A stretch of DNA of 64,000 nt, taken from contig CP066685.1 in the NCBI GenBank assembly GCA_016432345.1, forward strand, positions 695,740 to 759,739, read 5' to 3'. How positions within the stretch are numbered: the stretch's first letter is position 1; every line of letters starts with the position of its first letter. Shown piece by piece: positions 1-9,545 of the stretch. The stretch is from Candidatus Levyibacteriota bacterium. Its GTDB lineage: Bacteria > Patescibacteriota > Microgenomatia > Levybacterales > UBA12049. The notes beneath the pieces were generated by a model. It had not been told where the DNA came from. It saw only the letters and a list, made by a program, of their open reading frames with translations, and did not search any database. A program made the translations under genes and the position numbers.

Positions 1-162
1 TCGTGAAGAAAAAAACAATACATCAACAACAATCACATTGATAAAAAGGACAAAAATAAAACCCAAAAGGACAAATACAGTAGCTTTATTTTCAAAAAGA
101 TACCCTGCGCTACTCGTAAATGCTTGGATTTTACTTGGAGAATCTTCCTGGGAATCGTCCAT
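1..162 (-). CDS. membrane-anchored hypothetical protein, runs off window start
   Basis: Manual translation MDDSQEDSPSKIQAF...VFVLLGFIFVLFINVIVVDVLFFSSR; TGCTATACT extended -10 lies 6 nt before the ATG. Confidence 0.7.
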   Translation of the reverse strand, partial: MDDSQEDSPSKIQAFTSSAGYLFENKATVFVLLGFIFVLFINVIVVDVLFFSSR

Positions 163-195
163 ACAAATAGTATAGCAAAAGAGGAAAAAGAAATC

Positions 196-270
196 TGGTC
201 GGGGTGAGAGGAATTGGACCTCCTGCTTCTCGGTCCCAAACCGAGCGTTCTACCGATGAACTACACCCCG
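196..270 (-). tRNA. tRNA-Pro(TGG)
   Basis: Cloverleaf CGGGGTG/CACCCCG, anticodon arm CTCGG-TTTGGGA-CCGAG, encoded CCA; T-loop TCCAATT is atypical. Confidence 0.92.
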
Positions 271-272
271 AG

Positions 273-356
273 TGCCGCGAGAGAGAGTCGAACTCTCACA
301 CCCTTTTAGGATAAAGGCTCTTAAGGCCTTCGTGTCTGCCATTCCACCACCGCGGC
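273..356 (-). tRNA. tRNA-Leu(TAA)
   Basis: Anticodon arm AAGGC-CTTAAGA-GCCTT, long variable arm, GTTCGA T-loop. Confidence 0.93.
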
Positions 357-394
357 GTTTTACCACTCTATTCTACTGCATATAACATATACTA

Positions 395-1363
395 TCAACC
401 ATGTGAAGGTGGAGTGATTCCTAAAACTTTCAACGAATAATCCAAAAGCTCCTTCATATCCTCACGCCTGTTATTACTATTAAGAAGCACGCCAATTATC
501 TGATGATTATTGTAATCTAAATATGTTGCCAAACAAAGACCAGCCTCTGGCGTATAGCCTGTTTTAACGCCTTTTACTCCAGGATAAGTTGTCAGAAGAT
601 TTGTTTCATTTTCTAAATAAAACGCTTTGTGCGTTTGCGAATAGGGAATTTGGTACTCTGACGTTTCAACTATTTTTTGGAAAAGAGGAAAATGCTCAAA
701 TGCGTATTTTGTGATAATAAGTAAATCATAGACGGTTGTATACTGCTTGCCATCTCCCTGCAGTCCGCTTGAGTTAGTAAAATGCGTATCCAAAAGACCA
801 AATGATTTTGCCTTATTATTCATAGCTAAAATAAACGCCTCGCGTCCTAAAGGATAATTACTGGCCAAAACCTCGGCTGCATCATTACCCGATGGCAGCA
901 TAAGCCCATACAAAAGCTCTTCTTGAGTCAGAATTTCGTTTTCGCCCAAACCCATACTATCTTCTCCCACCAAATTCTCTTTCGATACGATATACCTATC
1001 GTCTTCTTTTTTGTTTTCCAAAGCAATTATGGCGGTCATTATTTTAGTTAATGACGCCATGGGAAGTTTTCGATGCTCATTTTTGGTATAAAGCGCAGTA
1101 TCAGACGTCAAATCGTACACAATCGCGGCCTCTGCCGAAATCTGAGGCTTTTCCAAAGCTAAGCTTTGCATAATGTTTTCTTTGGGAAACCAAAGATCAA
1201 TAGATGAAACTTGGCTGTTTTCCCATAGGTTTAAAAAAGAGGGGAGAGGAGAAACAACTTTTGATTTTGCCAAAATATTTGGAGATATATACCACATAAT
1301 TAATCCTGCAAGCAAAAAAAGACAAATACTTGTTGCTATATACGAAAACCAAATATGCCGCAT
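395..1363 (-). CDS. D-alanyl-D-alanine carboxypeptidase (peptidase S11)
   Basis: SxxK (ASLTK), SGN and KTG motifs; N-terminal TM helix. Confidence 0.92.
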   Translation of the reverse strand: MRHIWFSYIATSICLFLLAGLIMWYISPNILAKSKVVSPLPSFLNLWENSQVSSIDLWFPKENIMQSLALEKPQISAEAAIVYDLTSDTALYTKNEHRKLPMASLTKIMTAIIALENKKEDDRYIVSKENLVGEDSMGLGENEILTQEELLYGLMLPSGNDAAEVLASNYPLGREAFILAMNNKAKSFGLLDTHFTNSSGLQGDGKQYTTVYDLLIITKYAFEHFPLFQKIVETSEYQIPYSQTHKAFYLENETNLLTTYPGVKGVKTGYTPEAGLCLATYLDYNNHQIIGVLLNSNNRREDMKELLDYSLKVLGITPPSHG

Positions 1364-1435
1364 TTTATTATTTTAGCAAAAAACATATATTAGCGCTAAA
1401 TTGACGGAGACTAATTGTTTTAGTATCATAGTAAA

Positions 1436-2011
1436 ATGAGCTTACTTTTTTTAAATCTGTTTTGGATTGCCACAAATATATTATTAGCCGTATTGGCGGT
1501 TGATTTTGGCTGGCTGGCGTGGAAAATAAAACAAACACAACTAAAACCAGCGCTTTGGTTTCTCTGGCTGCTTTTTGTTCCAAATACTATGTATATGGTT
1601 ACTGATCTCATTCACTTCCAAAAGCAATTTAACAAAGTTAATGCCAGCGCAACAGATATAGCAATATTAATTTTGCAATACAGTATTTTACTGCTGGCTA
1701 CATTAATTACATTTTTACTTGCTATGCATCCATTTGAAAAAACACTTATAAAAAAGCTAAAACATCCTTTATATGTTTCTTTCGCTATTTTTGTGGTCAA
1801 TTTTATTATTGCCTTTGGCATTGTGATTGGCCGGGTACAACGCACAAATTCATGGGAAGTATTTACTAATATCGGAAAAGTTATCCAAGACAGTAATAAT
1901 GTATTTACTTCCCAAGAACTAATGACGCTTGTAATTTTTTTTGGCGTCCTTAATAATTGCGTCTATTTCTTTTTTAGAAAAAAAGTTTATCTGTATGAAA
2001 TCGCAAAATAA
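1436..2011 (+). CDS. DUF1361-like membrane protein
   Basis: WLLFxPNxxYxxTDLIH and GRxxRxNSW motifs. Confidence 0.8.
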   Translation: MSLLFLNLFWIATNILLAVLAVDFGWLAWKIKQTQLKPALWFLWLLFVPNTMYMVTDLIHFQKQFNKVNASATDIAILILQYSILLLATLITFLLAMHPFEKTLIKKLKHPLYVSFAIFVVNFIIAFGIVIGRVQRTNSWEVFTNIGKVIQDSNNVFTSQELMTLVIFFGVLNNCVYFFFRKKVYLYEIAK

Positions 2012-2372
2012 CGCCTGGCGACAAAGCCGTGTTTATCATGGTAAAAAACAAGGTCGGTTGCTTGGCTTCCCAACTCTTAATCTTGATCCTTTGGTTTTAC
2101 CAAAAGATCAAAAAGAAGGAGTCTATGCGGCGATAGTAAAACTTAAAGGAAAAACATACAAAGCAGCGCTTTTTTTTGGCCCGCGGATTGTGGTTGGCGA
2201 GACGTATAATACGCTGGAGCTTTATGTGTTTGATTTTTCAGATGAAATATACGATAAAAAAATAGAATTTCAAATTTTGGATTTTATTCGGGGAGTGATG
2301 GACTTTTCGTCATTTGAAGAACTTAAAAAACAAATAAAAAAAGATGTCGAAAAAATACAATCCTTGATATGA
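1995..2372 (+). CDS. stand-alone riboflavin kinase
   Basis: GxxxGRxLGFPTxN, GVY and ExYVFDF motifs; ATG at 1995. Confidence 0.88.
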   Translation: MKSQNNAWRQSRVYHGKKQGRLLGFPTLNLDPLVLPKDQKEGVYAAIVKLKGKTYKAALFFGPRIVVGETYNTLELYVFDFSDEIYDKKIEFQILDFIRGVMDFSSFEELKKQIKKDVEKIQSLI

Positions 2373-3289
2373 AAAAAACCTCATTCTTTCCATTGTTTTT
2401 GTTGGCAATCGCGTTTCTTTACTTTTTCTATCCGCCTTTTTCTGCAATTGCCAATAAAGTTTTATATCAATCACCGTGCGACACGCCAAAAACCTACAAA
2501 ATTGGCATTGTTGATTTACGCTTTCAACTGCCCAAAAGTGATTTTCAAGAAAGAACAAAAGAAGCGGCGCGAATTTGGAATACAGCTCTTCAGAAAAATC
2601 TCCTTTTGTACGATCCGCAAGCAATACTTACAGTTAATCTTGTTTACGACCAAAGACAATCATTAAATACACAAATAAACTCGCTTGAAGGCACGCTAAA
2701 TAGTCAAAAATCATCTCTAGATTCCGAAATTGCAGAATACGAAAGCCTTGCGAAATCATTTGAAAGCAAACTTTCGGCGTTTAACACCCAGGTTAGCTAT
2801 TGGAATAGTCAAGGCGGCGCGCCTAAAGATGAATACGACAAGCTAAAAAAAGAGGAAGAAGAATTAAAAACGCAGGCGCAGCGAATAAATGCGTTGGCCA
2901 AAAAACTAAACTTTTCCACCCAAAATTACAATACCCAAGTTAATACTCTTAACACAACAATTCGTACATTCAAAAACGAACTTCAGAAAAAACCAGAAGA
3001 AGGAGTCTACAAACCAAAGGAGCAAAAAATTGATATTTTTTTTGACATCAACCATGATGAGCTTGTCCATACACTGGCGCATGAATTTGGCCACGCCTTA
3101 GACATTGACCATATTCCAAACGAAAACGCTATTATGTATCCCTTTACCACACAAACAATTAAACCCGCAGCAGAAGAAATTGCGGCTTTACAAAAAATCT
3201 GCGAGAAGCGTTTTATCGGAGAAATAGCATTTAAAAATGCGGTTATACTTACTCAAGAACTTATTACAAAAGTGAAAGAAACAAAATAA
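2369..3289 (+). CDS. matrixin-like metalloprotease with coiled-coil insert
   Basis: HEFGHALDIDH zinc motif, Met-turn AIMYP, signal/TM segment. Confidence 0.85.
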   Translation: MKKTSFFPLFLLAIAFLYFFYPPFSAIANKVLYQSPCDTPKTYKIGIVDLRFQLPKSDFQERTKEAARIWNTALQKNLLLYDPQAILTVNLVYDQRQSLNTQINSLEGTLNSQKSSLDSEIAEYESLAKSFESKLSAFNTQVSYWNSQGGAPKDEYDKLKKEEEELKTQAQRINALAKKLNFSTQNYNTQVNTLNTTIRTFKNELQKKPEEGVYKPKEQKIDIFFDINHDELVHTLAHEFGHALDIDHIPNENAIMYPFTTQTIKPAAEEIAALQKICEKRFIGEIAFKNAVILTQELITKVKETK

Positions 3290-3314
3290 CCTCGTTTTCT
3301 GCTATAATATATAC

Positions 3315-3335
3315 ACCGCATAAGGCGGTTTTTTT
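3315..3335 (+). terminator. hairpin plus T-run before typA
   Basis: ACCGC-ATAAG-GCGGT followed by T-run. Confidence 0.55.
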
Positions 3336-3339
3336 AATT

Positions 3340-5160
3340 ATGGATATTCGTAATGTGGCCATTATCGCCCATGTTGACCATGGAAAAACAACATTGGTGG
3401 ACGCGCTGTTAAAGCAATCAAAAACAAAACTGCATAAAGACAGCGCTAGCTCGCTTATTATGGATAGCAACGAGCTTGAGCAAGAAAGGGGTATTACTAT
3501 TTTTTCCAAAAACGCCTCGGTGCTGTGGCATTCGCCAGCTGGCGAAACCAAAATAAATATTATTGACACCCCAGGACACGCAGATTTTGGCGGGGAAGTA
3601 GAAAGAGTTTTAAAAATGGCCGATGGATGCTTGCTGCTAATTGATGCCAAAGAAGGACCAATGCCCCAGACCCGTTTTGTTTTAAAAAAAGCGCTGGAGA
3701 TGAAATTAAAAATTATTGTGGTTGTTAATAAAATTGATAAAAAAGACGCCCGTATCCATTATGTGCTTAGTAAAACTCTTGATTTGTTTTTCGAATTAGG
3801 AGCCGATGAAGAAACCGCCGATTTTCCCATTATTTATGCATCGGCAAAAATGGGAAAAGCAGGACTCACAGAAGATTTAACAGCCATGACCGATATATCA
3901 CCGATATTTAACATGATTCTAGAAAAAATTCCATCCCCTGCTGGAGACAAAAATAAGCCACTTCAGATACTTATTACCACCCTTTCTACTGATCTGCATA
4001 AAGGACGCATTGCGATTGGACGAATATACAATGGCACAATTAAAAACGGCCAAGACATAGTCCAAATAAAAAGGGACCAAACAAAAAATACTTATAGAGT
4101 AACTTCTCTTATGACCTTTGTTGGGCTTGATAAAACAGAAGTAGAAAGTACAGAAAGCGGCGATCTTGTGGCTGTTTCTGGTATTGCCAATCCTGAAATT
4201 GGCGAAACAATTACTGATCCTACAGAATCAATCGCTCTGCCTGTACTTAATATCGAAGAACCAACGATTAGAGTTACTTTTATGGTAAACAGCTCTCCTT
4301 TTGCAGGACGGGAAGGGGAATTTAAAACCTCTCGCCAAGTTAGGGATAGATTATATAAAGAACTAGAAACCGACATGGCTCTTAGGGTACAAGACGATGC
4401 TTTAGGAGGTTGGGTTGTGTCGGGACGGGGAGAACTGCATATTGCAATTTTAATTGAGCGGATGCGGCGGGAAGGATACGAATTTCAAGTTGGCAGACCA
4501 CAAGTTATTGATAAAGTTATAAACGGCGAAAAACTTACTCCGTACGAACGCATATTTATAGAAATACCAGATGAATTTAGCGGTATTGTTATGCAAAAAT
4601 TAGGCGCAAGACGCGGCGAATTACAAGATATGAAGTCAGAAAACGGCACAACATATATGGAATTTATTATTTCCACCCGCGGGCTTTTTGGCTATCGAAG
4701 CGAATTTGTTACAGATACTCGGGGTTTAGGTATTATTAACACTTCATTTTACAAATACGATAAAGACAATGGTTATTCTCACGAAAGGGAAAGAGGTTCG
4801 CTTGTTGTTCACGAAAATGGCATAACCAATTTATATGGCCTTACCAATGCCCAAGATAGAGGAATACTTTTTGTTGGACCCGGCATAGATGTTTACAAAG
4901 GACAAGTTGTTGGAGAAAATGCCAGATCAGAAGATATGACAATTAATGTCTGCAAAGAAAAACAACTCTCCAACATGCGCTCCAAAGGCGAAGGCGGCAT
5001 GGAACATTTTAATACACCAAAACAAATGGGGCTTGAAGACGCGCTGGAATTTATTGCCGATGACGAACTTGTTGAAGTAACACCTAAAAATATTCGAATT
5101 AGGAAAGCCATACTTGACGAAGTTGAAGCCCGCCGCAAACGCTCCCAAGGATTGATTTAA
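3340..5160 (+). CDS. typA: translational GTPase TypA/BipA
   Basis: IIAHVDHGKTT, ERGITI, DTPGHADFGGEVER, GRGELH motifs. Confidence 0.97.
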   Translation: MDIRNVAIIAHVDHGKTTLVDALLKQSKTKLHKDSASSLIMDSNELEQERGITIFSKNASVLWHSPAGETKINIIDTPGHADFGGEVERVLKMADGCLLLIDAKEGPMPQTRFVLKKALEMKLKIIVVVNKIDKKDARIHYVLSKTLDLFFELGADEETADFPIIYASAKMGKAGLTEDLTAMTDISPIFNMILEKIPSPAGDKNKPLQILITTLSTDLHKGRIAIGRIYNGTIKNGQDIVQIKRDQTKNTYRVTSLMTFVGLDKTEVESTESGDLVAVSGIANPEIGETITDPTESIALPVLNIEEPTIRVTFMVNSSPFAGREGEFKTSRQVRDRLYKELETDMALRVQDDALGGWVVSGRGELHIAILIERMRREGYEFQVGRPQVIDKVINGEKLTPYERIFIEIPDEFSGIVMQKLGARRGELQDMKSENGTTYMEFIISTRGLFGYRSEFVTDTRGLGIINTSFYKYDKDNGYSHERERGSLVVHENGITNLYGLTNAQDRGILFVGPGIDVYKGQVVGENARSEDMTINVCKEKQLSNMRSKGEGGMEHFNTPKQMGLEDALEFIADDELVEVTPKNIRIRKAILDEVEARRKRSQGLI

Positions 5161-5268
5161 CAACCTTTTTAACGACTGTCGTTATAGATGTTGATACGAC
5201 AACCTAAAATCAATCTCCCTCTGTCTGTTCTTGAACAAAAACTCCAAATCTTGTATCATAATAAACAT

Positions 5269-5339
5269 TGCTGAGTCGTCTAATGGTAGGACAACGGACT
5301 TTGGATCCGTTTATTCTGGTTCGAATCCAGGCTCAGCAG
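5269..5339 (+). tRNA. tRNA-Gln(TTG)
   Basis: Anticodon arm ACGGA-CTTTGGA-TCCGT, GGTTCGAATCC. Confidence 0.93.
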
Positions 5340-5394
5340 CCTAGGCTTTAGTATCGGAAATTTCATTAATCTTAACCACCTTATTAAACTTATC

Positions 5395-6438
5395 ATGAAT
5401 AATTTTTTTCGAAATAAAATACTTATTGTTGTACTTCTCCTAATTAACGCTACTCTTATTGTATTTCTTCCAAAGAATAAATCAATAAGTACTCCTTTAA
5501 ACAAAAACACAATAAACCCGCAAACCAAACAAAACCTTAACCCTTTGTCAATTGAAGCCATGCGCGAGAAAACATATCCAGGCAGCGATATTATAATCGA
5601 ACAAACTCTACCTTCTACCAGTAATTACAATCAGTATCTTACTTCCTACCAATCGGACGGTCTAAAAATCTACGCTCTGTTAACTGTTCCTATTGGCCAA
5701 AAACCCAAAAATGGTTGGCCGGTGATTGTTTTTAATCATGGCTATATTCCGCCCGAAGTTTACCGGACAACCGAAAGGTATGTTGCTTACATTGATGCTT
5801 TTGCCAGAAACGGCTATATAGTTTTTAAACCAGATTACAGAGGAAATGGTAATTCCCAAGGAAAACCCGAAGGCGCATATTACTCTGCGGCTTACGCAAC
5901 CGATGATTTAAATGCAATTTCCTCAATTAAAAAATATAAAGACGCAAACCCCCAAAGAATTGGCGTTTGGGGCCACTCAATGGGCGGCAATATTACCCTT
6001 CGGGATTTGGTTGTAAACACAAAAGATATAAAAGCGGCTGTAATTTGGGGTGGGGTTGTTGGCTCGTACGAAGACTTAATGTATAACTGGCAACGAAAAG
6101 TAACTTATCGTCCATCAGGAAGAGAACTAACACTTCGAAATTCATCCAGACAACAATTAATAGACAAATATGGGGACCCAAGAAAAAACCCGCAGTTTTG
6201 GAACTCGCTTGACCCTACCTACTTTGTAAAAGATATTACAGCGCCCATTCAATTGGACACAGGCGGCAGCGACGAAGAAGTACCGGTGGCTTTTTCTAAG
6301 TCTCTAAAAGACAAATTGCAAACGGCTGGAAAAACCGTTGAATATTTCGAATATCCAGGAGATGACCACAACATTTCTCAAAATTTTACCCCTGCCATGC
6401 AAAATTCAGTTAAATTTTTCGATAAATACCTAAAATAG
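5395..6438 (+). CDS. secreted alpha/beta hydrolase (S9-like peptidase)
   Basis: HGY, DYRG, GHSMGG nucleophile elbow, C-terminal Asp/His. Confidence 0.88.
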   Translation: MNNFFRNKILIVVLLLINATLIVFLPKNKSISTPLNKNTINPQTKQNLNPLSIEAMREKTYPGSDIIIEQTLPSTSNYNQYLTSYQSDGLKIYALLTVPIGQKPKNGWPVIVFNHGYIPPEVYRTTERYVAYIDAFARNGYIVFKPDYRGNGNSQGKPEGAYYSAAYATDDLNAISSIKKYKDANPQRIGVWGHSMGGNITLRDLVVNTKDIKAAVIWGGVVGSYEDLMYNWQRKVTYRPSGRELTLRNSSRQQLIDKYGDPRKNPQFWNSLDPTYFVKDITAPIQLDTGGSDEEVPVAFSKSLKDKLQTAGKTVEYFEYPGDDHNISQNFTPAMQNSVKFFDKYLK

Positions 6439-6479
6439 CTGACTTAGACTTTTAGCCTCAATTTTGATATAATCCGCGG

Positions 6480-6680
6480 ATGCTTCCAAAAAAATCCGTA
6501 TTTATCATCCCGGGATTTAGGCACAAACCTACCAGCAAAGCAAGTAAAGGCAAAACAAAAACATTTCGCTACATTCCTTCAGTAGAAAAGTATCTAATAC
6601 AAATCCAAAAAACCGACCATGATATCGGAAATACCCGATATTTACAAACACTCCGCCTCGCAACAAAAGAATTATTGTAA
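6480..6680 (+). pseudogene. short ORF, probably an internally deleted hydrolase-like gene
   Basis: N-terminal FIIPGF and C-terminal TDHDI joined by only about 35 aa; TGATATAAT 6 nt before ATG. Confidence 0.35.
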
Positions 6681-6711
6681 TAATTTTTTTTGTCTGTTAT
6701 ATTAGAACCGA

Positions 6712-7533
6712 ATGCGCAGAAACGATATACTGAAAGCAAATAAAAAATGGTGGAATGATGTTACCCCAATTCACGCAAAATCCAAACTCTATAATCTCGC
6801 CTCTTTTAAAAAAGGAAAAACCAGTTTAGAAAAAACAGAAATTACAGAATTGGGCAATAACGTTCGTGGAAAAACCTTATTACATCCCATGTGCCACTTT
6901 GGTATGGACACATTATCGTGGGCCAGAAAAGGCGCAATAACAACAGGTGTTGATTTATCAGATAAAGCAATTGAATTCGCAAAAGAATTAAGTAAAGAAA
7001 CCCATATTCCATCAACCTTTATATGTTCGGATTTTAATAAATTGCCAAAAGCACTCAACAAAAAATTTGATATTATTTTTATGTCTTATGGCGTACTTTG
7101 CTGGATAACAGACATTAATAAATGGGCAAAAATAATAAGTCATTTTTTAAAAAAAGGTGGCACTTTTTATATTATCGAACTTCATCCATTTACCAACATA
7201 TTAAGTTATGATTTTAAGATATCCTACAACTATTTTGATAAAGGCCCAGACATTGATGATTCAGAAGGCACCTATGCAGATTGGAATGCGCCGATAAAAA
7301 GCCCGACATATGTCTGGAGCTATACCATAAGTAATGTTATAAACGCGCTAACCCAACAAGGATTAAAAATAGAATATGTCCATGAATTTCCTTTTACCAT
7401 GTACGATCAGTTTCCCGGATTTATGAAGATAAACGAAAAAAACCAATATGTCTTAAAAAATAAAAAAATTCAAATACCTCTCTTGTTTTCCATAAAAGCT
7501 ACCAAACAAAACTTTAATACTGCCAAGTATTGA
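6712..7533 (+). CDS. class I SAM-dependent methyltransferase
   Basis: LLHxxCHFGxD, GVDLS, FDII motifs. Confidence 0.88.
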   Translation: MRRNDILKANKKWWNDVTPIHAKSKLYNLASFKKGKTSLEKTEITELGNNVRGKTLLHPMCHFGMDTLSWARKGAITTGVDLSDKAIEFAKELSKETHIPSTFICSDFNKLPKALNKKFDIIFMSYGVLCWITDINKWAKIISHFLKKGGTFYIIELHPFTNILSYDFKISYNYFDKGPDIDDSEGTYADWNAPIKSPTYVWSYTISNVINALTQQGLKIEYVHEFPFTMYDQFPGFMKINEKNQYVLKNKKIQIPLLFSIKATKQNFNTAKY

Positions 7534-7551
7534 AGTTTTTTACATAAAACT

Positions 7552-7680
7552 ATGTCTCTTATTTTTACTATTCTAAGCTTTGGCTTTACCTGCGACTGCG
7601 TCATGCCATCGATGCTGACCACGTAGCGGCAATTACTACATTTGTCAACCGAGAGCAAAGCATCCGCTCTGCAGAAGTAA
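7552..7680 (+). pseudogene. frameshifted 5' remnant of a NiCoT/UreH-type nickel-cobalt transporter
   Basis: MSLIFTILSFGF then, after a frameshift, LRHAIDADHVAAITTFV (RHAxDxDH signature). Confidence 0.7.
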
Positions 7681-7703
7681 GGATACGACAGCTTTTTTAT
7701 TTG

Positions 7704-7775
7704 AGCGGCGGACCGGATTCGAACCGGCGACATCTTCCTTGGCAAGGAAGCATTCTACCACTGAATTACCACCGC
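7704..7775 (-). tRNA. tRNA-Gly(GCC)
   Basis: Anticodon arm CTTCC-TTGCCAA-GGAAG, GGTTCGAATCC. Confidence 0.94.
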
Positions 7776-7780
7776 ACGGG

Positions 7781-7853
7781 TGCCGAGAGCAGGAATCGAA
7801 CCCGCATAACCGCTTCTTCAGAGCGGCGCCTTGACCACGTTGGCAATCTCGGC
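7781..7853 (-). tRNA. tRNA-Phe(GAA)
   Basis: GCCGAGA/TCTCGGC acceptor stem, anticodon arm CCGCT-CTGAAGA-AGCGG. Confidence 0.9.
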
Positions 7854-8135
7854 TTTCTGCTTTTGTATTCTAGCATAAGTTCTAACCCTATGACAATTCG
7901 CACAAACAAGGTCACATTTTATTATCTCTTTCTTTATTTTTTCTATATTTGATGTATCGTTAACAGCCATCCAAGAAATACTTCTTATTTTTGTTTCTCC
8001 ATCACGATGATCAAAATCCATTACATATGGTGGAAATAAATTACTACAATCCATACATGGTCTATCTTTCTTTAACTCAGTGATAAATCTACGGCGTTCT
8101 TCTTTGTATCTTGTTTTTCTTAGTAATGCTAACAT
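7818..8135 (-). CDS. HNH endonuclease-like protein overlapping tRNA-Phe
   Basis: CMDC...DFDH...KCDLVCANCHR motifs; stop codon in tRNA anticodon loop. Confidence 0.8.
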   Translation of the reverse strand: MLALLRKTRYKEERRRFITELKKDRPCMDCSNLFPPYVMDFDHRDGETKIRSISWMAVNDTSNIEKIKKEIIKCDLVCANCHRVRTYARIQKQKAEIANVVKAPL

Positions 8136-8143
8136 AAGTTGTC

Positions 8144-8545
8144 TTGTTTGGTTCTGATGATATTGGTATTCATGTCTGCATTGTAGATCTTGATGTTGGC
8201 ATGGCTCGCAAGCCAGTTATTATTGAAGTAAAACGGGGAGATTATTTAATTGGCCCGGATAATGGCGTGCTTTTACCTGCTGTAAGAATGCTTGGAGGAG
8301 ATAAGAAAGTCTTTGTAATAATAAATAAAGATTTTATGCTTTTACCAATTTCACCAATTTTTCATGGACGACATATTTTTTCACCAGTTGCTGCACATTT
8401 ATCAAATGGTGTACCAATCGATCAATTTGGTCCAGTTATCAGATTTAACACTTTAGAACCAGCGCCATATCAAGAAGCAACCATTAAAAATGGCGTCATT
8501 GAAGCAGAAGTTATTACGATTAATAAATTTGGCTCGCTCAAGTAG
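8144..8545 (+). pseudogene. fragment of SAM hydroxide adenosyltransferase/chlorinase (DUF62) family gene
   Basis: GPDNG and FHGRxIFxPVAAHL motifs; N-terminal TDFG region and C-terminus missing. Confidence 0.75.
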
Positions 8546-8691
8546 AGACTTTTGGCCAAGTCAAACCCCAAGAACCCCTCATTCTCAAAGACGATTATGG
8601 AAGAGTGGAAATTGCGATCAACCTCGGTGAATTTGCAAAAAAATATAAAGTAAACGTTGACGATAGAGTTGTTATTAAAAAGTTGTAGATG

Positions 8692-8763
8692 TGGGCACTG
8701 AGGGATTTGAACCCCCGGCATCTTCGATGTAAACGAAGCGCTCTACCACTGAGCTAAGTGCCC
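8692..8763 (-). tRNA. tRNA-Val(TAC)
   Basis: Anticodon arm CTTCG-TTTACAT-CGAAG. Confidence 0.94.
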
Positions 8764-8781
8764 GACTATTTTTATGATTAG

Positions 8782-8865
8782 TGCCGAGGACAGGAGTCGA
8801 ACCTGCACGCTTTTTATAGCACTACCACCTCAAGGTAGCGGGTATACCAGTTTCCCCACCTCGGC
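8782..8865 (-). tRNA. tRNA-Leu(GAG)
   Basis: Anticodon arm CTACC-TTGAGGT-GGTAG, long variable arm. Confidence 0.93.
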
Positions 8866-9486
8866 TTGTTTACTAATTATATCTAAACAGGCTTGAATTT
8901 TAAAGTACTTTCTTTTCAGGCAAGGTACTTTTTTGTTGTAATACATCTTTCCAACAAGAATCAACGATTCCCTTTTTGCGAATTTTAAGCTAAATGTTGA
9001 TTTTCCTTCAAATTTAATAGCACCAGATAATCCGAAGAAACGCTTTATCTCCTTTTGTAACCATTCAATATGATTTTCGCTTGCAGAAAGAAAACCAGTA
9101 TACATCATAAAACTACTTTTCCATCTTTTATCCCAATAACTATATGTGTAGCCATCACCGTCTAAATGACCTCTTAAGAAATCCGCAAAATATCTATCCG
9201 GAATTTTTATACTACCTAAAGTTTTGGTCTTATGTGGAGTTAATCCAATGGATAATAAAAACCTGTAGAATTTTACATTTCCAAACTGAACCTGGTAGTA
9301 TTTTTTTTCGTGCGTGTAAGAACTATACTTTAATCCGATCTTATTTTTTAAGTTTAATATTTTTATAAAGGTTTGAATTTGATCCAAATCTTTCGACGTT
9401 AAATTAATATGCCTTCCATCTATCGAAAGACTTCCATCAGTCGTAATTAATCCTACAGCGTATGCTATACCTCTACTCCATCTCAC
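8830..9486 (-). CDS. two-motif LAGLIDADG endonuclease overlapping tRNA-Leu(GAG)
   Basis: YAVGLITTDGS and FLRGHLDGDG motifs; GTG start 6 nt after TGCTACAAT; stop codon in anticodon loop. Confidence 0.88.
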   Translation of the reverse strand: MRWSRGIAYAVGLITTDGSLSIDGRHINLTSKDLDQIQTFIKILNLKNKIGLKYSSYTHEKKYYQVQFGNVKFYRFLLSIGLTPHKTKTLGSIKIPDRYFADFLRGHLDGDGYTYSYWDKRWKSSFMMYTGFLSASENHIEWLQKEIKRFFGLSGAIKFEGKSTFSLKFAKRESLILVGKMYYNKKVPCLKRKYFKIQACLDIISKQAEVGKLVYPLP

Positions 9487-9545
9487 TGATAAATTGTAGC
9501 ATACTCAAGAATTAGCGTATACCATTTACTACTTGCTCTTTTTTG

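Noticed and set aside
7701-7952. ORFs overlapping tRNAs (33-239, 5280-5561, 7470-7745, 7701-7952, 8470-8721, 10932-11240, 23525-23797)
   Set aside because: Shadow frames of tRNA genes with no protein motifs, unlike the HNH and LAGLIDADG ORFs
7781-8865. TGA read-through (code 25) or intron-split tRNAs as explanation of nuclease-tRNA overlaps
   Set aside because: TGA ends conserved genes here (tig, ilvD, rplT), and both tRNAs are contiguous and complete
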